Positions 50,853 through 61,100 of a stretch of DNA of 64,000 nt are shown piece after piece. Every line of letters begins with the position of its first letter. Position 1 is the first letter of the stretch. The translations under genes were made by a program, and so were the position numbers. A model generated the notes under the pieces. The model was not told the origin of the DNA. It ran no database searches and was given only the letters and a program-made list of their open reading frames with translations. The DNA comes from Myxococcota bacterium (GTDB taxonomy: Bacteria > Myxococcota_A > UBA796 > CAJQPC01). Location: assembly GCA_036229005.1 (NCBI GenBank), contig JAZAMN010000052.1, forward strand, positions 1 through 64,000, in the 5' to 3' direction.

Positions 50853-51914
50853 CTACTCCAGGAGGATGAGCGTCAGCGTGACCTCGCGGCGCTCTCCATC
50901 CCGGAGCACGGTGAGCTGCACCTGGTCCCCGGGCTTGTAGTCGTCCAGGGCGTTGTAGAGGTCGTCGTAGTCCACGATCTCCACCGCCCCGATGCCCACC
51001 AGGATGTCCCCGGGCTTGCGCCCCTCGTCCTGGAGGCCCACCAGTCCGGCTTTGTGCGCGGGGGACCCGGGGGCCACGCTGCGCAGGACCACGCCCTTCT
51101 GGATGCCGGCCCGTCGCGCCACGCGGTCGTCCACGAGCACCACACCCAGCCCCGCCTGCTGGACGTGCCCGAACTCGATGAGGTCCGCGACCACGGTGCG
51201 CACGGTGTCCACCGGGACCGCGAAGCCGATGCCCGCGGAGGCGCCCGACGCGCTGGCGATCTGCGAGTTGATGCCCACCAGGCGCCCCTGGGAGTCCAGC
51301 AGCGGGCCCCCGGAGTTGCCGGGGTTGATGGAGGCGTCGGTCTGCACGACGTCCCGGATGGAGACGCCCCCGAAGCCCTGGATCTCCCGCCCCAGAGCGC
51401 TCACGACGCCGGTGGTCAGGGTGTGGTCCAGGCCGTAGGGGTTGCCGATGGCGAGCACCTTCTGGCCCACCAGGAGCGCCTGGTTCTCGGGGGGCAGGGC
51501 GATGGCCTTGAGCTGCTTGGGCGGGGCCTCGATCTGCAGCACAGCCAGGTCCTTGCGGGGCTCCTTGCCGACCAGCTTGGCGGGCCAGGTGCTGCCGTCG
51601 TGCAGGGTGACCGACAGGGAGCTGGCGCCGCGGACCACGTGGTAGTTGGTCACGATGTGGCCATCGCGGTCCCAGACCACCCCGGAGCCGCTGCCGGCGG
51701 CGACCTCGACCGAGGTGGAGCTGCCCCAGGGGCGCACGAGCTGGCTCTGGGTGACGAACACCGTGGAGGGCGCGGCGGACTCGAACACCGCGATGGTGTT
51801 GCGCTCGTCTTCCAGCAGCGCGCTGGCGGAGGGCGCGGTGACGGGCCCCTTGGCGGCTTCGGCTTGGGGCTGGGAGGTGGAGAGGCAGGCCAGGAGGGTC
51901 AGTGTCGCGTGCAT
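50853..51914 (-). CDS. HtrA/DegP-type trypsin serine protease with PDZ domain
   Basis: GSG, TNYHV, DLAVL, IGNP and QTDASINPGNSGGPL. Confidence 0.95.
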   Translation of the reverse strand: MHATLTLLACLSTSQPQAEAAKGPVTAPSASALLEDERNTIAVFESAAPSTVFVTQSQLVRPWGSSTSVEVAAGSGSGVVWDRDGHIVTNYHVVRGASSLSVTLHDGSTWPAKLVGKEPRKDLAVLQIEAPPKQLKAIALPPENQALLVGQKVLAIGNPYGLDHTLTTGVVSALGREIQGFGGVSIRDVVQTDASINPGNSGGPLLDSQGRLVGINSQIASASGASAGIGFAVPVDTVRTVVADLIEFGHVQQAGLGVVLVDDRVARRAGIQKGVVLRSVAPGSPAHKAGLVGLQDEGRKPGDILVGIGAVEIVDYDDLYNALDDYKPGDQVQLTVLRDGERREVTLTLILLE

Positions 51915-51961
51915 GGTGCCCAGGTAGACACCGGCCCGGGGCCATCAAGTCCCGCGATCCG

Positions 51962-52993
51962 CTACCAGTCCAGGATGGCGGCGCCCCAGGTGTAGCCGGA
52001 GCCGAAGGCCACGCAGGCCACCTTCATGCCGGACTGCAGGCGCCCGCTGCGCACCGCCTCGTCCATCAGCAGGGGGATGGTCGCGGCCGTGGTGTTGCCG
52101 TAGCGGTCGATGTTGTGGAGCAGCTTCTCTTCGGGGATCCCGAGCTGCTTGGCCACATACTGGTTGATGCGCATGTTGGCCTGGTGGAAGAGCCACAGGT
52201 CCACGTCCTCACCCTGGATGCCCTGCTCCTGGCAGGCCTTGATCACCGCGAAGCTCATGCGCATCACGGCGTTCTTGAACACCTGCCGGCCGTCCATGTT
52301 CGCGAACAGCTCCTCGCGCGGGACCACGCCGTCCCCGTCCTCGTTCAGCTTCACGAAAGGCCGGCGCCGGATGTCCCACACCCGCTGACGCAGCACGTCC
52401 GCGCCGGTGCCGTCCGCGCCCAGGTGCCAGTGGCGCACCCCGCGGTCCTCGTCCGTGGCCGACACCACGACCGCCCCGGCCCCGTCCCCGAAGAGGCTGC
52501 TCACCGAGCGCCCGCTGGTCGACAGCTCCAGCGCCGCGGAGTGCAGCTCCGAGCCCACCACCAGCACGTGCTGGCAGGCCCCCGACTCCACCATCGCGGT
52601 CGCGGTCCCCAGCCCGTACAGGAAGCCCGAGCACTGATTGCGGATGTCCATGGCGGGCACGAAGGTCGCCTTCCCGCCCTCGGCCAGCCCCAGGCGCGCC
52701 TGCAGGTAGACGCCGTCGCCGGGGAAGCAGTGGGTGGGCGAGAGCGTGGCGTACAGGATCATGTCCAGGTCGGTGGCCTGGATGCCGGCGGCCTCGATCG
52801 CGGCCAGCGCCGCCGGGTAGCTCAGGTCCACGTTGCCCACGCCCTCGGGGGCGAAGCGCCGCGCCTGGATGCCCGTGCGCTTCTGGATCCACGCGTCGTC
52901 GGTGTCGATGCCGTAGCGCTGGACCAGGTCGTCGTTGGTGACCACCTGCTCGGGCACGTAGGAGCCGGTTCCGGAGATGTAGGCGTTGGGCAA
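51962..52993 (-). CDS. fabH: 3-oxoacyl-ACP synthase III
   Basis: QCSGF, FGDGAGA, HQANMRI, GNTTAATIP and FGSGYTWG. Confidence 0.92.
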   Translation of the reverse strand: MPNAYISGTGSYVPEQVVTNDDLVQRYGIDTDDAWIQKRTGIQARRFAPEGVGNVDLSYPAALAAIEAAGIQATDLDMILYATLSPTHCFPGDGVYLQARLGLAEGGKATFVPAMDIRNQCSGFLYGLGTATAMVESGACQHVLVVGSELHSAALELSTSGRSVSSLFGDGAGAVVVSATDEDRGVRHWHLGADGTGADVLRQRVWDIRRRPFVKLNEDGDGVVPREELFANMDGRQVFKNAVMRMSFAVIKACQEQGIQGEDVDLWLFHQANMRINQYVAKQLGIPEEKLLHNIDRYGNTTAATIPLLMDEAVRSGRLQSGMKVACVAFGSGYTWGAAILDW

Positions 52994-53055
52994 GGGGGGC
53001 CTCCAGGCTCCGTTCGCCCTATTGCTCCGGCATTTCCTTCCGCCAGCGTAGCTTC

Positions 53056-54453
53056 TCAGCGCCCCCGCCGGAGACTCGCCGGCCGCACCCGGGAGGGGTT
53101 CCGCCAGTCGCCCGTCCGCTCCAGCAGGTCCTCGTCGGCGCCAAGATCCAGCTCCGCGATGAAGCCGCGCCAGTCCTGCTCAGAGAGGTAGACATAGCCA
53201 GCCCCGAGCGCCGTCACCTCCGCTCCCTCCGGCCACTCCCCAGGCTCGATGCCCCACGCGATGCGGCCGACGCGCGCCGGGTCCAGCTCAGGCTCGGGGG
53301 CCCAGGCCATGGCCTCAGCGCCGGTCTCGTGGTCGTAGAGGAAGTTCAGGCCCTGGTGGGCGATCAGCAGCTCGGGCTGCTCGGGGAGCGCGGCGATGAG
53401 GGCGCGGTAGCGGGCGTAGGGCGGGTGCTGGCGGGGCTGGAAGCCGCTGAGGGCGACGGGGAGCGCCACCAGGGACCAGGGGCGCGCCGGGGCCGGGATG
53501 GGCGGCAGCAGGGCCACGAGCGGCATCCACAGCAGCGGACTGACCAGCAGCAGGCGGTAGCCCAGATCCAGCACGGACTGGTCCCAGGGCACCAGGAGGG
53601 TCAGGGCCAGAGGAGCCGCCAGGGGCCAGAGGCGACGCCGGGACAGGGTCACAGCCAGCGCGGGCCAGCCCAGGCACCACTCCGCGAGCTGCAGCGGCGA
53701 GGTCGAGCGCAGGGAGAGCATCCCCAGGGGGCGCGGCCAGTGGAGGGAGAGATCCAGGGTGCCGGACACCCGCTCCCAATCCTGGGGGTGGAGCAGCCCC
53801 GGGACACCCTGTGCGATCCCGGCGAAGGCGAGGACACCCGCAGCCAGACCGAGCAGCGCGCGCCACTGCAGCCGCCCCAGGCCGAATGCGAGGCCCGAGC
53901 TCAGGACAAACACGGCGCCCAGGCGATGTGCAGTGGCGGCCAGCACGCCGGCCACCAGGGGGAGCACCCACCCGCGGGCGCTGCGCGGCGGGAGCAGCAA
54001 GGCCCCCAGCCAGATCAGCAGCGGGGCGGCCATGCCCAGGTTCTTGGCGAAGTCCCCGGCCAGGTGGGTGAGGCTGGGGCTGGCGGCGGCCAGGAGCGCG
54101 ACGGAGAACCCGGCGCCCGGTCGCAGGCGCTCCCCGGTCCACCACGCGGCCGGCACGCAGAGGGCGGCCAAGAGGGCCCCGCCGACCTTGTGGGCCCAGA
54201 TGGGGGGGAGCGCCCAGCCCAGGGCCCCCAGCGCCCGCAGCACCCAGGAGGCGTCCGGGACGTGCAGCCCCTGCCCGGCCGACCAGTCGGCGATCTGGAC
54301 GACGTAGTAGTAGCCGTCCGTGCCAGTGGGCTCGGGGGTGGTGGACAGCCAGGCCAGGCGCAGGGCGAACGCAGCCAGGGTCAGCAGGGGCAGCCAGCGG
54401 CGCTCGCGCTCGCGCTCAGACGGTGCCGCTTCAGACTGTGCTGCTTCAGACAG
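53056..54453 (-). CDS. Polytopic membrane protein, GT-C glycosyltransferase-like
   Basis: The frame is open upstream of the GTG at 54243 through TM1 and GTDGYYY to CTG 54453; in-frame TGA at 54463-54465. Confidence 0.65.
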   Translation of the reverse strand: MSEAAQSEAAPSERERERRWLPLLTLAAFALRLAWLSTTPEPTGTDGYYYVVQIADWSAGQGLHVPDASWVLRALGALGWALPPIWAHKVGGALLAALCVPAAWWTGERLRPGAGFSVALLAAASPSLTHLAGDFAKNLGMAAPLLIWLGALLLPPRSARGWVLPLVAGVLAATAHRLGAVFVLSSGLAFGLGRLQWRALLGLAAGVLAFAGIAQGVPGLLHPQDWERVSGTLDLSLHWPRPLGMLSLRSTSPLQLAEWCLGWPALAVTLSRRRLWPLAAPLALTLLVPWDQSVLDLGYRLLLVSPLLWMPLVALLPPIPAPARPWSLVALPVALSGFQPRQHPPYARYRALIAALPEQPELLIAHQGLNFLYDHETGAEAMAWAPEPELDPARVGRIAWGIEPGEWPEGAEVTALGAGYVYLSEQDWRGFIAELDLGADEDLLERTGDWRNPSRVRPASLRRGR

Positions 54454-55174
54454 GGCGCGGCGTCACGGGCTGGGGGTCCAGCAGGCGCTCGAAGCTGGGC
54501 AGCGTGGACAGCATGCGCGACTGGAGGCCGCCGCCGGGGGCGCGCTGGAGCATCCAGTACATGGGGCGCTCGTCCACGAAGATCTGCACGCAGAAGCGCC
54601 CGGCCTGGGGAAGCCCGTAGCTGCGGCCCACGGAGAGGGAGCGGCCCTCGGCCTCGACCTGGTGGGTGAGCTGGCGCAGGACGCGCAGGTTCTCCAGGGT
54701 GGCGGAGGCCGCGTCGGACAGGACCTGCTCCTTGCCGTCCGCGATGGCCTGGATCAGCAGGGTGACGAAGGCGCTGGCCTCCGGGGACTCGGGGAGCTCC
54801 TCGAAGGAGGGCATCGCGGACAGCAGTCCCTCGACGAAGGCATGGGCGAGCTGGGAGGTCTTGGCGACCCCGGCAAGCCCAGAGGGTTGGACCAGCAGGT
54901 GCAGAGAACCCACGAGCCGCTCCTCTTCCCCTTCCTGCTCGGGCGGGATGACCACGGGGCAGGCGATGGCGGCGCGGCCCTCCTGCTCGGCCAGCACCAC
55001 GCCCGCGCCGAGCTGGAAGCCCTTGCGCTGGGCCTGCTCGAACAAATCGCCGGGGCTGTCACCCTCCAGCTCCCAGCCGTCGTCGGTGCAGGGGGCCATG
55101 GCGGCGTCCTCGTCGCCGGCGTTGAGGGCGTCGATGAAGGCTTGGGCGCGGTCGAGGGGGGTCTCAGCGGGCAT
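54446..55174 (-). CDS. Hypothetical acidic protein (NTF2/SnoaL-like N-terminus) directly downstream of the DUF4157 gene
   Basis: ATG 2 nt after the DUF4157 stop; AQAFIDALNAGDEDAA. Confidence 0.7.
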   Translation of the reverse strand: MPAETPLDRAQAFIDALNAGDEDAAMAPCTDDGWELEGDSPGDLFEQAQRKGFQLGAGVVLAEQEGRAAIACPVVIPPEQEGEEERLVGSLHLLVQPSGLAGVAKTSQLAHAFVEGLLSAMPSFEELPESPEASAFVTLLIQAIADGKEQVLSDAASATLENLRVLRQLTHQVEAEGRSLSVGRSYGLPQAGRFCVQIFVDERPMYWMLQRAPGGGLQSRMLSTLPSFERLLDPQPVTPRPV

Positions 55175-55176
55175 TC

Positions 55177-58100
55177 TCAGTTGTTCCTGCGGCGGCGGCG
55201 CCGGCGGGAGGTGCCCCCGGACTGGTCGCTGCCGTCGGGGTTGCGGGGGCCGGTGACCAGGCGGTCGAACTCGGTCCTGCGGGAGCCGTCGAGCTCGTCG
55301 CGGACGGTGTTGTGGCCCGCGGCGCGCAAGACCGCGCCCAGATCGCCGTTGACCTTGGAGAAGCGCAGGATCTCGATCATCGCGTCCTGGTCGTCGCCGC
55401 CGGTCCACCCGCTCATCAGGGTGCCCAGCATCTCGGCGCGCTGCCCGGCGTCGGCAAGCTCGTGGGCGCGGTTGGCCACGGCCTCGCGGACCTTGTCGTC
55501 GGCGCTGAACCAGCCCCAGAACTTGTCCCAGAGGCCCTTGGCCCAGCCGCCGAGCTGGCTGACCTGCTGGGTGATGAAGTCCGCGGCGATGCCGGCCAGC
55601 TCCCCGCCGACGATCAGGGCCAGCTTCACGCCCTCGAGCGCGTCGATGGTCACGCCGACCTTGGCGCCCAACCCCACACCCCAGGTCACGTTGGCGCCCC
55701 AAGTGAAGCTGAGCTTGCCGCCAGAGAAGCCGACCTTGGCCGCGATCTGCGCGCCCACACCCAGGCTGCCCTCGCCGGTGGCCTCGACCCCCAGGATGGG
55801 CTTCTTGCCCGCCGGTCCCCAGGTGATGAGGTCCGTGAGTACGCTCTTTGCGACCTCGTCCGCGCCGATCTGACGCAGGATCCACCCCAGCCCGGGCACC
55901 GCGGAGGACGCGGTGTCCACCAGCGACGTGATGGTGTTCTCCATCTGGGCGCCGTAGGTGTTCTGGTCCTTCTTGTGCCAGTTGGCGGCCAGCCCCGCGC
56001 CCAGGCGCACCTTGGCACCCGCGAACGCGCCCGCCGAGGCGTTCACCGCCCCCGGTCCGTCCCCGCTGGTCTGGGCCTCGGGGCCGCTGGCCGTGGTGAC
56101 CGCGGTCCCGTCGCTCTCGGTCTGGGTCTCGGTCTCCAGGCCCTCCAGGATGCCGTCGCCGTCGATGCTGCGCTGGCCCCGGGAGGCGTTGATCTTGGCG
56201 GTGATGTTGGCCTTGGCCTCGGCGCCCACGAAGGCGTCGATGCTCACAAAGAAGGTCGCGGAGAAGGCCTCACCGGCGATGTTGTACTGCTCGGTCTGCC
56301 ACTCCCACTTCTGCTTCCACTCGACCAGCTTGGCGCGGGCTTCGACCGCGGCCTCGAGCTCCACGCCGTCGGTGGTGACCTCCAGGCGGGTCTTGCCGCC
56401 GGCCTCCACGCCCAGCACGTCGTAGCTGCCGCTGGTGGTGCCGCCGCCGACGGTCTCCGCGCCGCTCCAGCGGTCCCCGGCCACGCTCTCGTCCAGCCAC
56501 ACCTCGTTGTGGGAGAAGCCAGCGAGCTGGACCTCCTTGGCGGTGCGATCCCACAGGTTGTTGCGCGCCGGGGTCTGGTGCACGCCCGCGAGCTGCCGAT
56601 CCGCCCGCTGGCGCAGGTCCTCGTCGCTGCTGTCTCGCGCGCCCCAGACCACCACGTTCCTGCCGTCCGCGCCCGTGGCGACCGCGTAGCGCCGGCCATC
56701 CCGAGCGGTGCGGAAGTCGGTGATGTGGTCGCGCCCCGGGCTGTCCAGCGGCGAAGGCCGGGCCCCCGTCCCCGCGAAGGCGCCGCCCAGGTTCACCGCG
56801 CCGGTCTGGGCGTGGTCCGCGTGGGACCCCGCGCCGATGGTGTTCTGGCTGTAGGTGTTGAACAGGCCCTGGTTTCGACCCGAGCCGTTCACCGCGCCCA
56901 GCTTGCCCCGGGACAGCAGCTCCTGACGCGCCGCCAGGAAGGTCTCCAGGGGCACCGGGCCGGGCTGGTTGGCGGTCCACTGGCCACCCGAGCGCCGGTA
57001 GCGCACGCTGCCATCCGCCGCGTAGAACAGGTTCTTGAGGGCGTCGTCGGTGGCCGAGCTCAGGTCCGGCGTGCCGCCGCCCGTGGGGGTCTGGGAGGGA
57101 GCGGAGGGCTGGGTCTGCCTGGAGGCGCCGACTGCACCCTCTGCCCGCATGAGCCCCGCTTCACTCTGTGCCTCTGCTCCACCAGCGAGGCCAAGCTGCT
57201 GCTGCAGGCGGCTGAGCACCGCGGGCGGGAGCTGCCCCTGGAGCTGGGCCAGGACCTGCTGGGGGAGGGTCTCTGCGGCCTGCTGGGCGCCCCCCTCCTG
57301 CTCTTGCCTGGAGCTCCCCCCGAGCAGCCCGTCGATGGTCTCCAGCAGCCCGCCACCCACCAGCCGGTCGGCGAAGCCCAACGCCTGGCGCTCGTGGGCG
57401 TCCCCAGGCTGGGAGATTCCGGGCCCCCCGCCGCCGACGACGGCGTGGTGCAGCTCTTCGCTGATCAGCTTGAGCCCCGCCGCGGACGAGGGGTCGAAGG
57501 TGGACTTGTTGAAGAAGATGTCCGTGCCGACGGTCACCGCGTTGGCGTTCACCGAGCCCGCGAAGGCCTGCGCCTCGCTGCCGGTGTGGATGCGCACCTG
57601 CCCGACCCCGGCCCCGAAGAGGGGGCCGAACTTGGACTGGAGCTGCGTGGGCAGGGCCTGCCCGCCCCCGCGAGGCGGCGGGAGCACGAAGCGGTTGCGC
57701 GCCATGGGCCCGGCCGCGTTCCGCGACAGGCCCAGGCTGCCCCAGCGCTCGTTGCCGATCTCTCCGCGCAGGTGGCGGCGGGACCAGCCGGAGGCCGCGA
57801 TCACCGCGTCCACGTCGTTGGCCTCGGCCGACGAATAGCGCAGGATCTCGTACATGGCGTCTTCCTGCGCGCCGCCGGTCCAGCCGCTGGCCAGGGAGGC
57901 CAGCATCTCGCCGCGCTTCTGGGCGTCGAAGCACTTGTGCGCGTCGTTCTCGACGGCCTCCTGCGCCAGGTCGTCTGCGCTCAGCCAGCTCCAGAAGCGG
58001 TCCATGAGGTCCGAACCCCAGGCGCTGAGGTTCCGGAACTGCTCCCGCAGGAAGTTCACGGCGGCCTCGTGGAGCTCTCCGGCGATCACGATGCCCAGGC

Positions 58101-61100
58101 GACCACCGTCCAACACGCCGAAGGTCACGCCCACCTGCACGCCCATGCCCAGGCCCCAGGTGGCGTTGGCCCCGAAGCTCATGTGGAAGCTGCCGCCCGC
58201 GAAGCCCGCGGTGGCCGCGGCGTTGGCGCCGATGCCCGCGCTACCCTCCAGCTCGGCCTCGACCCAGGCGATGCGCACGGAGCCCGCGGCCCCCCAGAAG
58301 CCCGGCGCGGCCAGCACCTGCGCCAGCACCTCGTCGGCGCCCATGCGGTTGACCAGCCAGCTCAGGCCGGGGACCGGGGCGGTGACCACCGCGATCATGG
58401 CGGCCGCGTTCTGCGTCGCGCGCTGGGTGTAGGCGCTGGGGTCCTGCTTGTTCCAGAGCAGCTCGACGCCTGCGCCCAGGCGCACCCGCGCCCCGGCGAA
58501 GGCCCCCACGGAGCCCGTCACGTTGTTGCCGCTGCCCTCAAAGCGCTGCTGCACCTCCTGGGTGCGGGCGGTGAGGTTCTGCAGGGAGCTGCCCTGCATG
58601 TTGCCGACCTCGGCCTGGAGCTGCGCCCGGGCCTCGGCGCCCACGAAGGCGTCCACCTTGAGGATCACCGCGCCCGAGAAGCTCTCGCCGCCGATGTCGA
58701 TGCCCGGGCTCTCCCAGCGGAACTCGTCCTGGTAGTGGACCAGCTCGCCCTCGGCCTGGGCACCCACCTGCGCGGACAGGCCGCCCGCTCCGACCGCCAC
58801 CTTGGCGTCCACGCCGACCTCGACGCCGCCGGTGCTCAGCTCGCCAGTGCGGCGGTATCCGCCCTCCTCGGGGACGATGGTGTCCTCACCCCAGGCGTCG
58901 TGCAGGCCGTAGGTCTCGTCGATCAGGGTCGCGCCGCCCGAGTAGATCTCGGCCTCGGCGTCCACGTTGGAGAGCACGGGGTGCCCCTCGGGGCCCACGG
59001 GCGCAGCGGCCCGCTCGTCCACCCGCTGGCGCATCTCCTCGGCGCTCATCCCGCGCGTGCCCCAGACCACCCGGTTGTTGCCGTCGGGCCCCTGGACCAC
59101 GGCGTAGGTGCGGCCGTCCGCCGCCTGGCGGATGCCCCCCTCGATGATGCTGTCCCGCCCGCGAGCGTCGGGGCCACCCCCAAACAGGGTGCCGGTCCCG
59201 GGCGCCAGATCGCCGACCCGGCCCTCCCCGCCCAACCAGGCGTCGTGGGACATGCCCGGCCGGTTGATGCCCGGGCTGGGGCTGCGGCTGTCCAGCTCCT
59301 CCTTGGCGGCCAGGAACTCAGCCTCGGAGATGCCCCCGGCGTTGTGGGGGCGCCAGTTCCCGCCCACCTGCCGGTAGCGGATGGTGTGGTCGTCCGCGTA
59401 GACGATCTCCCGCAGCTCGGCGACGGTCATGGCGCTGTAGTCGGGGGTCGCGCCGGCGGCCTCTTGCCGGTTGGCCACCGCCTCGTCCGGCTTGGGCGTG
59501 TGCACGGGGGCCTCGACCTGCGGAGGGCGCAGCGTCCGCGGCGTGCCCCCCACCCCCAGCTCCGGCAGGCCCACTCCAGGCGCACCGGCGGGCAGACCGC
59601 TGCCGTGCTCGGTGCCCAGCGCGTCGCCGAGCCGGCGGATCACCCGCGTGGGTACGCCGTTCTTGATGCCCTGCAGCGCGCGCCGGGGGTGGCGCTTGCG
59701 CCCCTGGGCCAGACCCGGCTCCACCTTCTCACCAAAGGTGGCGTCGAGCACATCCAGGAGCCCGCCCGACACTGCGCCCTCGGCGAACGCGGTGGCCTTG
59801 CGCTCGTGGTCGTCCCCAGGCTGTGAGACGCCGGGCTTGCCGCCGCCGAACACCGCGTGGTGCAGCTCCTCGGCCAGCAGCGTGAGCCCCTGCTCCCCGC
59901 TGGTCTGGAACTGGCCCTTGTTGAAGTAGATGTCCCGCCCGGTGGTGACCGCGTTCGCAGCCAGCTTGCTGGCGAAAGCCCCGGCCTCACCGTCGGTGTG
60001 GACGCGGACCTCGTCGATGGCCCGGCCCAGGATGGGGCGGAACATCTCCTTGATCTTGGCGGGCAGCGCCGCGCCGCCAGTCGTGGGCCGGTCAGCCACC
60101 GAGCTGCGCGCCATCACGCCGGCCGCGCTGCGGTGCTGGGTCTCGGCGGCCTTGGGGCGCTCCAGGCGACGGTCCTTGGTGGCCGCCCGCCCGGGCTCCC
60201 GGTTCTCAGCCCGCAGGTAGTGGCGGTCCACGTAGCCCCAGGCCCCCTTCTGCGGACCCTCCAGCACCTTGACCTTGGACCAGGCGCGCAGCGGTTCTTC
60301 CACCCCCAGGCGGGTGCCGGCCTCAAGCTGCCCGGCCCACGCCCGCTTGAGGTGCTTGGGCGCGTTCTTGAGCGCAGCACCACGCTCCTTGACCTTGGCG
60401 TCGCGCAGGCCGTTCAGCGCGGCGTCCTCCTGCTCCAGGCCGGAGTTGGCCGTGGTGGGCTGATCCGCCGTGGGGGAGGTCTCGGTCTGCTCGCTCTCGG
60501 TGACCTCGGCGGCGCCACCCAACGCCAGCTTGGCCTTGAGGGCATCCGCGCGCCCGTCGAGTTGGGCCACGACCTTGGAGAGCTGCCCCTGATCCAGGCC
60601 CCTCCGGTCCTTTGCGGCCTGGTTCTTCTTCTCGTCCTTGACGTGCTTGAGCTCGTCCACGCCGGAGCGCAGGTCTTCGACCCCGCCCAGAAACTCCTGC
60701 ATCGCGGCCATCAACTGGCCCGCGCCGTCCAGCACCTTGCCCAGGGTCGCCGCCCCGAAGTCCGCGCTCTGGTCCGCGCCGGTGGTGTCCTGCACAAAGC
60801 CCACCAGCCCCTTGAAGCCGCCCTCCGAGGGGTCACTTTCGTCTCGGGTCTCCTTGGTGCGCTCGTCCTTGACCTCGCCCGAAGCGGGGCCGGGGTCCTG
60901 CACCGCCCAACCGACCAGGGAGAGGAGGCTCCCGATGCCCTGGAGTTTTGCCCCCAACTTGAGCCCTGCGTCCGACGCCTCAAGCGCAGCACTGATGGCC
61001 CGGAGCGAGGTGCGGACGAGCATGAGCACGTTCTGGAGGGCGTCACGCCACAGGGTCTTGCGCTCGTTCTCCGGGAGGCTGTCCCAGGTGCCGACCTGCT

